A DNA stretch of 64,000 bases, taken from positions 184,574,001-184,638,000 of the forward strand of contig OZ038378.1 in the NCBI GenBank assembly GCA_964036045.1. Direction: 5' to 3'. A model generated the notes under the pieces. The model worked only from the letters and a program-made list of their open reading frames with translations. It had not been told where the DNA came from and made no database searches. The DNA is from Eutreptiella sp. 'Long Island Sound 2002'. Taxonomy: Eukaryota; Protista; Euglenida. Shown here in pieces: positions 1 through 12,784 of this stretch; position 1 is the first letter of the stretch, and every line of letters begins with the position of its first letter. The translations under genes and the position numbers were made by a program.

Positions 1-3000
1 ACACAGTGGGACTCTCGTTTCCCTAGCTTCCCACCAGAAGGCGGGTTCAGTCATGAGGTCTGGGCAGTGGTTGGTTGGCCCGGTTCGGTGACACCCTCTT
101 TCTCCCTGACAGGGCGGGGGCCAGGCGGCAAACCATTTCTGGCTGGGGTTCCTTCTTCCTCCCCCTCCCCAGGGGGGATGGGTACGTTGCAGAAAAAAAA
201 AACCCTCGAGTCGTTTTAGGGAAACACCTGTTATCTTGGTACAATGATGCAGGTCATGTGGGCAATTTGGCCGTTCCTCGCTGGGTTACGTGTTATTTCA
301 ATGCCTCCCCGCACTGGGGATCCCGAGACGGCAAGGGCTGTGCAGCCATATTGTGTCCTTCATGAACCCGCTTGGAGGGAGATTCGACATCCCTGCTCAT
401 CTCATAGCACCTCCGGTGTGAATGCAGTACAGGGTTCGGCCTGAGGCTGGCTACCGCTATGGTGTACGTTGAGAGGACCACTGACCATGGCTCCTGTTCT
501 CCTGTGTGCCGCATGTGGGTGGGTGACGGGCAGGGCTCTCTATTGTCATCCGTCTTTCTGATGCTTTTTATTTCTTTCCTGCGGATCACCCTTTGGGAGC
601 GCTCCAACAGCTGCTCAACCGCCGTCATGCCACTCTAACCGCCACCGGTTACTGTCCATCCAACCGCCGTTGGCCGGCCCCCCCGCCTGCCATCCGTTAC
701 CGCCTGAATATGATTGGGTGTAGGGTCACCCTCGTTCCCTTTTTCCCCTTTGAATTTGCAGCGTCCTCATGGGCGGGCGGGTGGATCGTTGGAGTCTGGT
801 GTAACGCACGAGGGCGTTCGCATCGGCATTTGGTTTTATGGACCTCAGTAGCTATCGCCCGCTGGAGGGAGCGCGCCGCAACGATTGGGGCAACACGGGG
901 CAGGCGCACCATGTGCTTCGTGCTTTGTTTTGGATGCCTGTGTGTGCGGAAGGCGCTGTTACTGTAAGGCAATGGCCAGAATGTCGTATCAATGGGAACT
1001 GGTGGACAGGCGGACCCTAAAACTGACCCTGAGCTAAGCGTTGAAACCCTGCGGCGGGGGCTGGTAGCGGTGCGGGGCCGTCCCTGAGCAGATTTGCTTG
1101 CCCTCCAAGCAGCGGTCTGTTGTGAGTGGCCCTGGGCACCCCATGCGTCTCCGCCTGCTGGTGGTGCCTCTCTCGCTTTTGTGCGTGGGGGGGGGGTCAA
1201 CCGTACGATTGTCACCTCGAAAGGTGTGCACGGCGAAAGTACTCCCCCGTCGCAGAGGCAACAAACCCCTTCCAGACGACACATTTTGGGGTGTGCAGCA
1301 GTATTCCAACCCCCCCCCCCTGCCTTTGATGGATTTTGGGTTTGCATCATGACGCAGGACTGTCTCAGGCGCCATCCTTTGACCCCACACTTCTTCAGGA
1401 ATGAGGGATTCCTCCATTTTTTTCCGCGAAGGGCAGCCTGCGGTTTTGGGTGGCGGGACTGCCGTTAACCGACGGTGGTTGATGGGTCAACCGACGCCAC
1501 TTGCCCTGTAGCAGACAGCAGATACTGGCCGGGCGGTGCACTGTTGACTTCCAGGTGTGCCTGAGTCCGGCAGTTTTCTTTTTCCTTCTTGGCGCTACGG
1601 ACAACCCTGGTTGACCGTCAGGTACCATCGAGCGCCTGGCGCTGCTTGGCCAGCTATGCACCCGCGGACATCTGGGGGTTCGATGCCTGTTGAAAGCTGT
1701 TGGGAGGATTGCCCTCGACAAATCCACACCAATGACGGTTTATGTCCTTTGGGTAAATCAGGCCAGTGGTATTCTCCCTTTGGGATCGGTGCATGTCACC
1801 ACTCGGAAGGTATAACCGTAACCTTGTTTCTGACTGTTGATTTCTTTGCGTCGGGGGGCGGGGGATGCATTGCCCCTCTCGGCCCTGGCGCTAACCATTG
1901 GTTGGATGGGCGTGACGACACCGTAGCCATACGTCCTCATTACAATTGTGCAAAGCCTTTGGAAGTCCACGGCAAGCCTGGCATGTGCAGGTGAATGAAC
2001 TTAGTCACGACTCAGATGGATGCGGTCTGTGGGGTGCGTTTTGCGGCTTGGGCGGGGCAGTTCTGTTTGGTGGCAATGATAAAAGGCAGATGGCAGGGAA
2101 GCCGGAGCCGAACGGGCCTTTTTGTGGCACATCACCCCCCGTGTAATGCCTGGCTCAGGCAGACCCCAACATGCCTTTGGTGGTCCTTTGCAGGGGTAAC
2201 AACTGCACATCCCTGCAATGAGCCTGGGGGATCGTGAAGAAGAAGGGGGTGTGCGCGCAGATTTGCGTGCCGAGGGTGGGTGCGCTGAGGGGCACCGCCG
2301 TTCTCAGGTGTGAGCTCTGGAATCACAGCATGGGTGCCCGAGTTGTGGCGGCAAGTTCCTGACGTGATGGGGTTGTTGCTCAGGGATTTTGTGTCCAAGT
2401 GTCGAACAGAAGCAAGCATTCTGTGAGGCAGTGTAGCCCATGTGTGACACATTCATGAACGTCAGGTGGAGTGTCCCAGTGGTGCCCACCGTTTTTGGTG
2501 GTTGTGTTCCAGCAGGTATGCTGTCTGACCTGGGTAAACATGGCACATGTTGCACAAAGTCAGAACCCCCCCCCCCACACACGCGCATATCTGTCTCAGT
2601 ATGGTAACATTTGTTCCATTGTTCTACTGAGGTTCTGCTGGCCTCTCCAGGCCTGCATGGGAGAACAAAGGTGCATGTTCTGCAGGTTGAGGAGTGCAAT
2701 GCCTCCTTTGCTTCCTTTGCTGTTCAGTTTGTCATCTCATTCTCTAATCAATCATTTTAGATCAGGTCTTAGCCCCCCCCACACCCCCCCCCCTTCCCAT
2801 ATGCCTACTGACCCCGGAGACCCATGTTGGTGCCCCCCCCTTAATATGGTTTTCGCTCCCCACGCCACTCCCCACACATCCCATGTGTATGGCCGTGTGT
2901 GGAGCATAGGGGGGTGGTGAGGGGAAACGTGCAACGATCGGATACTGCACGCGGTCTGTGGCGGTCAGACACTACAAGTAGACACAGTCTCCCAATAGTA

Positions 3001-6000
3001 GACACTGTCTGCATGTTGTAGACGAGAATTCTTTTGCTGGTTTTGAGGTGTGGAGCGCTGCATCTTACGGCAGTATTGTATGTGAGGCACAAGATGCTGA
3101 GGGGGGGGTGCGGGGGGAAGGTGATGTGTGGACAGGCAAGGGGGATCAGGGGGGGAACGGGGGGGGGGGGGCTTTGTGCAAATGTGCTTGATATCACTTG
3201 ACTTTTCTCTTGTGCCAGTGTTCTGATAAAAGGTTTTTTCAATGGCCAACAGTTCGCATGTTTTGTGCAAAACGAAAGTCAATTTTCCATAGTCTGCGGG
3301 TTTATTCATGCCATTTTACTTGTGGAATGCAGGTCCAGAGTCCGGATGCTCATCAGACCCCAGGTAAATTGCACAATGATTGAAATTTCAGTCTTGTCCA
3401 ATGGCAGCCACAATTCCTTTTATCCAAATTGTGACAGGTGATGCACAATTTGTGTGCCTCTGGTGCAGCTTGCATGCTACGGGTATGGTTGTGCGCACTC
3501 CTGCACGTGTCGGTACGCATTGTACATACACACACCAATGCAAAATGTCTTTGTCCCAGGCAGGGGCACAGGGTGTCTCCAGATATGCTAAGCAGGGTCA
3601 GCGGGAATACTCCACAACCCTCCACAACCATTGAGAGCCCTCCAACTGATTGAGCAGACAGGGGTTGATCTGGGCAGAACTGGGCGCCGGGGGTGCAGCC
3701 AAACACTCTCACAATGAATCGAATCTGAAGCGCTTGGTGTCGCCTTTGTGAGGGATTCTAGGCAAACTGGGGAGGGCTGAATCAGATTCACCAACCCTTG
3801 TTGGCCTGTCCTGGGATGTGCTCTCTGGCATTGTTGCTCCCATATAATTGGTGACTTGGACGATTGTGAGCAGCTGCCTCCCACACGCCATTTTGCACAT
3901 CTCCTGCGACCATTTCTGGTTTTGTAAGAGTGTCCACGGGAACAAAACCCAACCAGTGCAGCTTGGTCTTTCTTGATTTCCTTCGTTGAACCTTTCAGTG
4001 GGCTGCTAAGGTCACCTGCAGTGTTCCATTTTTTGCTGCATGGCACCATCCAGGTGAGGCCTCCTTGGTCAGCATTCCAATTGTACCATATTTCACCACA
4101 GCAGCACCTGACGGGTGCATTTCGTTCGGGTTATTGGCCAAGAGCCCAGCATATCACAGCAGCCTGTTCTTTTCTTGTTGCTCTCAAGGGGTTTTCAATG
4201 TACAGTAGGGCCACTTTTGTGATGAAGCAATATCCCTGCGTTTATTTGGAAACGTGCATACGGCCTTCAGCTGGTTCCCTCCCCTGAGGGGGGGGGGGGG
4301 GCGGGTAGCCGCGGCCGCCACGCCTCACGGAGGCAGCGTAGCGCACAACGCAGAGGCAGCATAGCACACAACGCAGTGCAGCACGCCAGAGCCGGCAGAG
4401 GCACACAATGAAACTCGCCAGCACACAACAGCACACAGCACACAGTACAGCAGAGCAAAGCAAAGTAGTGTACCACAACAACAGCGGCGGACAGCCATAC
4501 CACCCACCGTGAGCACCAACACCAGCCCAACACCCAACACCCAGGGTGGGGGCCAGACCCACCACACGGGCACTTCACCCACACACAGCCACCACCGCCC
4601 ACAAACAAGGCACGCAGCTGGAGCATCACCAAGGGCCCACGACCCCACGCCCCAACGCCAACACGGCGCCCACCACACACACAACAACTAAGGCCACATT
4701 TACACACAACATAGAAGGGATGCTTCCCTGATGCACTCCCAGGAGCCATCACCATCCCGACCACACCGGGAGGAGTCTCCCGCAGCCCAGATGGGCTGTT
4801 TGCGCAACAAGAGCGGGAGCCCATTGGGGGCAGACCAGCCGTGAGGGGGGAAAGGACATATGGTGGACGGCCGGGACAGCGCGTGGAGGAACAGGGTGCC
4901 TGGGCCTCAGCACACAGGCACACAACGAGGCAGGCTATGGACGGCTTGTGGACAGAGGCGCGTGGACAGCAAAAACAGTCACCCCGGCAACGACCAGCAC
5001 ATCCTCAATATACCAACTATTGGGTGCCGCTGACGCGCAAACCGCACACCATGCCACATTCAGCACAGCCCCAACACACCAACTACTGGGCTCCGTGAAC
5101 GCCGAAATGACACCAACAAGAGCACAGGCCGCAGCAGCCAACAGAAAGCAGCAACCCAACGCAACATGCGAAGGAAAAATGGGTGACTGTCCACTGCCCC
5201 ATAAAGGAAGAACAACCAGACGGAATGTCACACAGGGGGGGGGGGGGTTTGTACTGCCAAGCCTTATTCGTAGCCACCTTTTTGTTTGAACTGTTGGTCA
5301 AAGTGCTCTGATTCAGGCACAATGCCCGCCATTCAGCATAATCCATCTGGGAATCATCATAATCACGTGCTGTTCACGAGGAAATCAAGAAAATAGTGGC
5401 AGAATGTGTCAGTCCACTGGTGACACTCCCAGTACAGTAGTGGCTGCATGAATTTTGTTGGCAGGTCACTTTTGCTCACCAAAATGGTTTTTTGCGTTGT
5501 TTTCCCTGCTTTGATTCCTTTTTCTTCAGACATGACAGCCACACAGGCCATGAAAACTCGTTCGTATGGATAATAAAGCAACATCCGCAGGGCCCAAGAT
5601 TTGCCTAAGAGCAATTCTCTCTGAATTGGAAATTGCACTGCGAGTGCTACAAGCGAGGTCATCACCAAGGTCCAGATGCAATCTTGTTTTTTTTAAGAAC
5701 GAAAAATCAGCCAAAGAATTTACAAGGAAAAGAGATTACACTGAGAAATATCACTACAAAAAAAGAGCAACCGTAATTTTTTTTTGGAAGCCTAGTTTTT
5801 CTTGCGGGGTTCACAGTTTGTTGGATTTAGGGGATATTTCTCCACAAAGTGTTTTCTAGTTTTTTCATGCTTTGGATATGTATTTGGACTGGGCTTTTTG
5901 GTATTTGCAGCAGCTGAATGCTGCTTTGTTTGTGTTGGTTTCGGCTGTTGTTTCATGTTACGGTTTTTTTGTGGGCTGCAATGGGTTTTTTGTCTCCCCC

Positions 6001-6639
6001 GACATTGCTACCGTGAACCACCGTTGGCATAGCAAAATCCATCGTTTGCTTTGCCATCAATCTTTGTTGCATTGATGCTCTTGCTAATGTGATGGTATCT
6101 TTTTCCCGAAAACAAATATGTCTCAAATTATGTTTTGTTTAGGCTTGATGTTCTGAGGCAATGTGGCTTCACGTAGATACCGCGACCAATCTTGTGAAGC
6201 GAGAAAACCTCTGTTGCTTTGAGCATGTCCGCCTCGCATGGAATATGGCCACCCTGCACATCCATCAAAAATCACACCATTCCAAGAAGGAAGCATTTTT
6301 GTGCAACCAAGTGACATCAAAGCACGTCCAAGTATTGGTTTAAATTAAGCATCTACCGTTTATCAATCATCAATCACCATCAAAACTGCTGAAAAGCAAA
6401 CACGTTTATTTTGGGCCATAATAGTACATGGTTTCAATATTTGTACACACCCACAATGTTCCGACACCTTTGGGGAAAACTTTGCGACATTCATCTACCC
6501 GGCAAGGCCCGCAAGCCTGCGGCATCTGTCTACAAATTGCTGCGAACCGGACCAATATTTCATATGCTTTTGATGGTTTTCTATTATGTTACATTTGCAT
6601 CCACATTTTTCGGGAACATTGCATCGTAGATACAATGTA

Positions 6640-6819
6640 GGGCATGGTACCTTTTGCAAAAATTGAAACCTCTTGCCTTTTTGCGAAGGAGGTAAGACGT
6701 TTTATGTGAACTTTTTCTAGGAGTTTGTCAAAGAAACCGCTTAAAAACCAGAAAGGCTACCTCTTTTGAAAAAAGGTAACCTCTTAAACCCTCTTACCTC
6801 CGAAACCTGTACCATGCCC
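6640..6819. mobile_element. MITE, 180 bp, with 11-bp TIRs and TA target-site duplication (Tc1/mariner-like signature)
   Basis: The left end is TA|GGGCATGGTAC (TA at 6638-6639) and the right end is GTACCATGCCC|TA (TA at 6820-6821). The TIRs are exact reverse complements and the interior is non-coding. Confidence 0.75.
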
Positions 6820-9266
6820 TAATACAATTTGCACACAGAGATTTCTTCTATTTTGCTAAGGTGAAATGACCATGAAGGAAAAAGAGTCTCACCTTTGTAG
6901 TTGTCAAAGAAAGTAGCACAGTGTTGGTGTTGGGCAAAAAAGGAATCCAAGTGAGCATTATCATGCGCAAAAGATGTGGGCGATTCTCTGAGCAGTGGTT
7001 AAAATGGCACAGGGTAGCCTTTTATCTATTTTTGCACCTCCTTTCTGTGGTGTGAGTATTAGCCTTCCATCTTGCTCATGTAAAGTTCAAAAAACACAAA
7101 GCACTGAAGTGATATGAAAAATGACAAAAATGTCTTGAAAAAAGTAATTTTGTCTGTGTTTTTTAAGCGAAAACTTGTTTGACAACGAAAAATTGCCCCG
7201 ACTGCTTTTTTTTGCAAAATACATCCATCTTTTTACTCATGGTTCGGGTGCTGAAGGCTTTTATCACTGGATACCCAAGCAAACCACACATTAAATATCA
7301 CGCACCCATGGAAAGAGAGAATAGGTACCACACTCGATATTCAGTGTGGCTTGCATTATTGTGTGAAGATGAAATGGTGTCACAAAAAGCAGAATAATCA
7401 GCCGCAATAACTTCTTGGTTGTGCAATTTTTCCAAAAAAGAGGGTTGTTTACACAAACATTGTGGTTCATGGGGTTCCACTCTGAAAAGGCCATTTGGTA
7501 TTTTCAAAAATCAGGGCGTTCTTGGTAAATTCGCCGCAAAAGAAGCACACCAAACAAGATTCCCCATGGTAGCCATTTTGGCTGAATGGTTGGTAGTGTT
7601 GGTTTCTCGGTCACGTGTCGGGGTCATGGCCCACATTGCATAGGTTTTCTTGGGACTGTCTGTGGGCGCACAATTTCTTGATCGGCTCTGTTTTCATTCC
7701 AGCCTGCGAGAGTGATAGGTACATTTTTGATTTTTGAGGCAGACTTTGGTTGTGGACTAGGCCCAGATTAGAGAGGGGAGGGGGACGCAATATGGAGACC
7801 GAAGCAACTTTTGGAAGAGTATTTGGTGGGATCAGCTTTTATTTAACGTCAAATGGCTCCACCTGGGGAGTGGATGCATCGGGGCACAATATTGTGTGTG
7901 TGTGTGTGTGTGGGTGGCTCTGCTCTCCCAGCGCCACAGGTCCCCTTTCCTTCGGCCAATGCACATGAAGCCTGCGAAACCCCTGCCTTCTCAGGGTCCC
8001 CATGGTGTGGATTGCCTACCCTTGTGGATTTTCCTACCGATTTCCCCTACCGTTCTGTTTCCATACCCTATGGGGTTGTCCTACCCTTGTGTATTTTTCC
8101 TGCCCCATGGATATCCTTGGGGAACCACAGCCATTCCTGCCCAGCCACCAGCTGGACTATAGGTGCTTGGTTGGGCCAGACAAATCTGTACGCTGCAGGT
8201 GTGTGCCGCATCAGGTGCTCCCCCACAACCCGACCCTGGAAATAACCACCATGACTCACCCCATGGGTGCCTGGACCTGATTTCCAGGGATCTGGTGTAT
8301 GCTGGCTCACCAGGGGCTCCTGGGTTGTTGGATATTGCTGGATATTGGTTGCTAATGTCATTGGAATATTGTTTGGTGGTATTGTTGGACTTTGCTGGAT
8401 GTTATTCAAGGTTGATGGTGTTTTTTTTGAATCTTTAGCATTCAGATGGTGGTGTTCTGAACCCTGCGCAATAGATTCATTGGGTCAGCATTCATCGGGT
8501 CGGCATTGCCACAACGCGTAAGGTCGGCATGCAACAGATTTGCTCTGCAAAGCAATACCACCTTACACATGACCAAAATCAACAAGAGATATGCTCATGA
8601 TGTGGCAAATGTAAAACAGCAGGCACCAAAAAATTACTCAAAAAAGGCATGGAAACGCAGATACATGTCATGCAATGCCATTGTACACGGGTTCATGATG
8701 GACAAACGAGTTCATGATGGACAAACATATAAACAAACGATGGGTTAGAGACTCATTCTTTCATATCTTTTTTGCACAATACTTCACCAAGAAAATTGAG
8801 TATAAAACTGCACAGATTGAATGTAGAAAAAAGAATGTGCTGCAACTGCAGGCCTTCGAAATGCTCTACAACACACAATCAATCCAAATCAGGTGGCATG
8901 GTGAGATGCCCTGCAATACAGTTGGCACTTGCTGACCATGAGCCCAAAGCTTACTGCCGATGGTGCAAAAATGAATCAAAGAGGAAAGATTCATTTATGC
9001 TCAGCCACCCAGTATTGCACAATGCTTACTTGTTTCACTACATGCAAATACATATAAACTTTTGTTTCTCATTAATCAGTGAATGCATCCGTGAGTGCAC
9101 AAAAATCCAACTTGCACATCCATACTACCAGTAACACCAAGGCACAAGCGCATACACAAAGCACATGCAGACGCACAAACACACACACACACCCACACAT
9201 ACACAAACACAAGTTGTGACAACATGCAAAAATCAATCAGAACAGCAGCAGCAACATCAACAGCAC

Positions 9267-9297
9267 CAACAACAACAACAACAACAACAACAACAAC
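9267..9297. repeat. (CAA)n microsatellite, preceded by CAG/CAA- and CA-rich tracts, downstream of the calpain stop codon
   Basis: Direct reading: caacaacaac... run at 9267-9297; (CA)-rich tract at about 9175-9210. Confidence 0.95.
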
Positions 9298-9431
9298 GAA
9301 TGTTGAAGCAAACCAACCAAAGTAGACGGACACGGAATGGATGTTATATATATGCGTTGAACCCACCAGTTGAAATATTATGCTATCGCTCATTGCTCAG
9401 CGTGGTAATTGCACCTTCGATGCTTGCCATA

Positions 9432-9680
9432 TTAGCGCTTGAGGAGCTCCAAAAGAAGGCCTTCCATCAATTTCTTAAATTCCACCAGCCTCACTCGATA
9501 CGTACGGGAAGAAGAGCCATTCTGCAAAGCAGACCACTGGTTATCAAAAGTTTCAGAAATCTTTTTATTGGAAGTGATCACTTGTTCAATTGCTGATTGT
9601 GTCCGTTTCTTGTCCAACCTTCCACTGCCGTACCGGTCTTGGCTTTCAAAAGCATCGCTGACCAAACGGTTGTACTGATC
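9432..9680 (-). CDS. Calpain exon 6 (terminal), degenerate EF-hand pair
   Basis: Acceptor tttcctgcacAG|GAT is phase 0, matching exon 5. Translates DQYNRLVSDAFESQDRYGSGRLDKK...VRLVEFKKLMEGLLLELLKR and ends TAA at 9434-9432. Confidence 0.7.
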   Translation of the reverse strand, partial: DQYNRLVSDAFESQDRYGSGRLDKKRTQSAIEQVITSNKKISETFDNQWSALQNGSSSRTYRVRLVEFKKLMEGLLLELLKR

Positions 9681-10928
9681 CTGTGCAGGAAATACATGCA
9701 AGGGAATGCAGAGAGTGAGGCAGCGGGTCAGGGAGGAGGTCCCAAAATATGTCCCCCAAAATGATCGCAACGCCGTACTGGTCATTTTGAGGTATCCATG
9801 TTGGGGCAAAAAAATTCTCTTTGGGGGAGCTCTCCGGATGTGAAAATTCCATAATCATAATTTAAAACACGGAAAATATTTTTCTGGAGGATTTGGACCG
9901 CTGTGGGCGAAACCTGTGACGCAGGTTTCCTTGCGCCCTAGTGGCACATTTGTGCCCTTGTGATGCACAGTCGACGAGGGCTGTCTTTGTCCATATCTGT
10001 GTGTCGGTGCCCGTGTTTGTTTATGTGTCTGTTTGTATCCCTTACCGGCCCCCTTTCAGGTTGGCGAAGCCTACAGCAAACCCTGGCCACTGTGGCAAAC
10101 ATGACGTTGACACGCTTCAACAGATTTCTTACTGCGTACCATGTGCTAGTCCACGTCCAGCATGGTATTGATGGAGATCCTCGTACGTTGCCACTACACC
10201 TCAATCATGCCACGTGTGCTTGGAGCCGACATACTACTAGTGTACGGCCGCTGAATAGGGTTTCGTCGGGGTTTCGTGGGGGTCCGCCCCGTACCAAGTG
10301 CCTCTCGTTAATATCGGCTCCTGTCGCAACCGCAGCTCAGCGGGAACCGGCTGCGTCCCGTGTTCTGCTCAGTAGGATCCAGTCTGACCTGGCGGACGCT
10401 GCCGGCAAATCTCATTTGGGACGAGAACAAAGACTTCGTTGTGCATTTTGCTGACATCCTCGTGCTTGACATTCACCCGCGGGGGTAGTCGAGTGCAGTT
10501 CTGAACCCCAACACCCACGGTGAACGGGGCTCCGCAGGGCGGGCGGGGAGGAGGGGCTGTTAAATTTCATTCTGAGCATTTTGAACACACACAACTCAGG
10601 AGACGAAATCCCGTTCCCCATTCACCACAATGAAAATGAACCAGGGCGTTCCGGCAGATGCACAAATGCACCAGCGAAGGCACCCGGCGGGCAGTGTAAG
10701 ACATGGGACAACGGATGACGACTGCTGTTCCTAGTGGCGTAGGGAGGGTTTCCGGCCCTGCACGTGACCCACCCACCCCATTCAGGTCGTTCCTTGCCTG
10801 TGGGACCATGACAATCATCTCCGTCCGACAGCACCTGCGGCATCGTCTGCGTGTGAGCACCGTGCTCATATTCTCACCAGCGCCCGCAGAGCATTTCAAC
10901 CCAAGGCAGGTCTGCATTCACCACACAC

Positions 10929-11069
10929 CTGATTGGTCACACCCAATGCAGCCATGATCTTCTCCTCGGTTGTCTTGCCAGTGGACTGGACAGCAGCTGA
11001 TTCAGCAGCAGGAACATCAGTGACGATTTGCCCTCCCGCACTTGCAGGCACTGCCACGGCAGGAATTTC
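10929..11069 (-). CDS. Calpain exon 5, Ala/Pro-rich linker
   Basis: Acceptor ttttctgcgtccAG|GAA and donor CAG|GTGTGT; 141 nt, phase 0-0. Encodes EIPAVAVPASAGG...TTEEKIMAALGVTNQ. Support is splice signals and phase only. Confidence 0.55.
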
Positions 11070-12434
11070 CTGGACGCAGAAAACCGGGCAGCAACCAGTT
11101 CGCAATTTCTATTGCGCTTCCCGCTGTGCACATCACCAGACATAAGATGAAAAGAAGTCCTTTGGGGAGCCCCCCCCCACCACACACACACACACACACA
11201 CACACCAGCACCCGGTGTAGGAAAGGGTAAACAACATGTGAAGAGGGTTGAAAACATTACATTCATTCGTTACATTCAGAAATTTCCATTTTTGAGGGCG
11301 GATCTCAAACTTCCATCTTTTAGTTTTGAGCTGCAAAGGGTGGAAAAGAAGGTGCACCAGTCCCTTGGAAGCAGGGCATGTCCACTGTCAACATCCATAG
11401 GCCTAAGTACACAGGTCAGGGGCTGGGTTGGTGGGCCGATCACGAGTTCAGGCGCCCAGCCCCCTGTTGCTACCCCCCGCCTCTGGCGGCCGAGAGGGAC
11501 GAGGTCGGGACTAGGTGTCTCCCAAGCTCGCCCTCCCATGCACCCGGCCAGGCGCCCTACACCCCCCAGCCAGTTCCATCGGGACTGGCGCCCCTGCCAG
11601 CACCCTCTCTCCACCTGTGGCCCTGACGCCCCGCTCCCCCTTGATCCCCTGTGGGGCTGCTACCGCGCCCAGCTCCCGCCCGACTGTGGCCGGCCACCGG
11701 CCGAGGCCCCGCAGCTTACCCCCCCACGCCCGGCGGGGGCAGGGGGAAATTGTGATCCCCACCCTCCCGGTCTCCCGATCCACCGACCCGCTCCCTGCAA
11801 TGGGATTTGCACAGGACTTATGGGCCCTCTTGGAACCAGGATTGGGGAAAAACAATGTGGCGCCCGCCGCCTCTGAGAACCCATCAGTGTCGACGACATA
11901 TATACAGCAGACGATGAATTCTTTCTCAATCCGTGTTACCTACCCACGCCTCATGTTCCTGGAAGGCAGAGCTGAATATCGGCCAGCTTCTGGGGAGGCG
12001 TCGGGCTGAACTATCCTGGGTGCCGTTGCATCCACACATGTGCAAGAATGATGGCTTTGTGCTTCTGCAATGGAGGAGCGGAGCCTTCATAGTGGGGCGA
12101 TGGGGCTCACAGGTTTGCATCCACAAATGATTGCCAAATGTCCAACAGCGGTGACCCCATATGTGGAGCTTGGTGCGAGCCGTGTTTTGTGCATCTTTGC
12201 GCATGCCTTTTGTCTTCGACTTGGGCCACGTGAGTTTTGTGTCGACATGTCGGGATGCTCACTGGACAAGATTGATCCTACTTGTACTTCGTGAGACCTT
12301 GCGTGCAGATGTGGCAATCCTGCACGGACTCGTTCGTAGTGTGGCCCTGTGTGCACATGCAACCGTCACTGGACGCCCGTCGAGCCTCGCCGCGTCCAAC
12401 CACCCTGCGCGACCGGCAAATGCGACAAGCACAC

Positions 12435-12784
12435 CTCTCCTGCAGCCTTTGCCTGCTCTACGCTCAGCGCTTTACTTGGGCCATCGGAAAAGCGGAATAT
12501 GGAGACTCCGGATTGTGCAGGGGCATGCACACGGACATAATAGCCAATGCCAGAAGAGTCAAACACACGCGGGACCAGACTGTAGTATCCGGGCTCCAGG
12601 TCCAATTCATGGAACAGCGTGCGAGTCCTGTCTTTTTCAGTTTGGACCTTGCGGTCCAGGCAATCCCTCAATCCACTGTACTCGTCGGGCAGTTGGGTCA
12701 GCTTATAAATCGACAAATTCATCGTCGAAAAGCGGCCGTTTTTGCGGATGTGGTGATCAGTCTTTGTCAAGGGATCGTCCTGAC
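12435..12784 (-). CDS. Calpain exon 4, domain III (C2-like/CBSW)
   Basis: Acceptor ccttggcAG|GT is phase 1, matching exon 3; donor GAG|GTGTGC. Contains ELDLEPGYYSLVPRVF, resembling the domain III LxPGxYxIVP motif. Confidence 0.8.

Noticed and set aside
75-365. Integrase zinc-finger-like GHVG motif
   Set aside because: The HHCC spacing is incomplete and no DDE core follows.
1557-1994. LINE RT motifs (..SP, ..DD)
   Set aside because: The motifs are too degenerate and their spacing is inconsistent with RT.
6123-6320. RNase H-like words (VIFDG, QSNRG)
   Set aside because: The spacing is far too short and the remaining motifs are missing. A similar weak case at about 57780-57960 was also not accepted.
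9165-9596. Poly-Gln ORF
   Set aside because: It is the translation of a (CAA)n/(CA)n microsatellite, and it is antisense to the calpain last exon.
11238-12009. Long Pro/Gly-rich ORFs in calpain intron 4 and other GC-rich ORFs (for example 697-1350, 4267-4923, 53123-54335)
   Set aside because: They are low-complexity GC-rich repeats with several overlapping open frames, no domain motifs and no consistent splice signals.
12278-12319. Alternative short terminal calpain exon (DCHICTQGLTKYK*)
   Set aside because: It is phase-compatible but has a poorer pyrimidine tract and no domain content; the 11069 and 9680 exons give a more coherent protein. Not excluded without transcripts.
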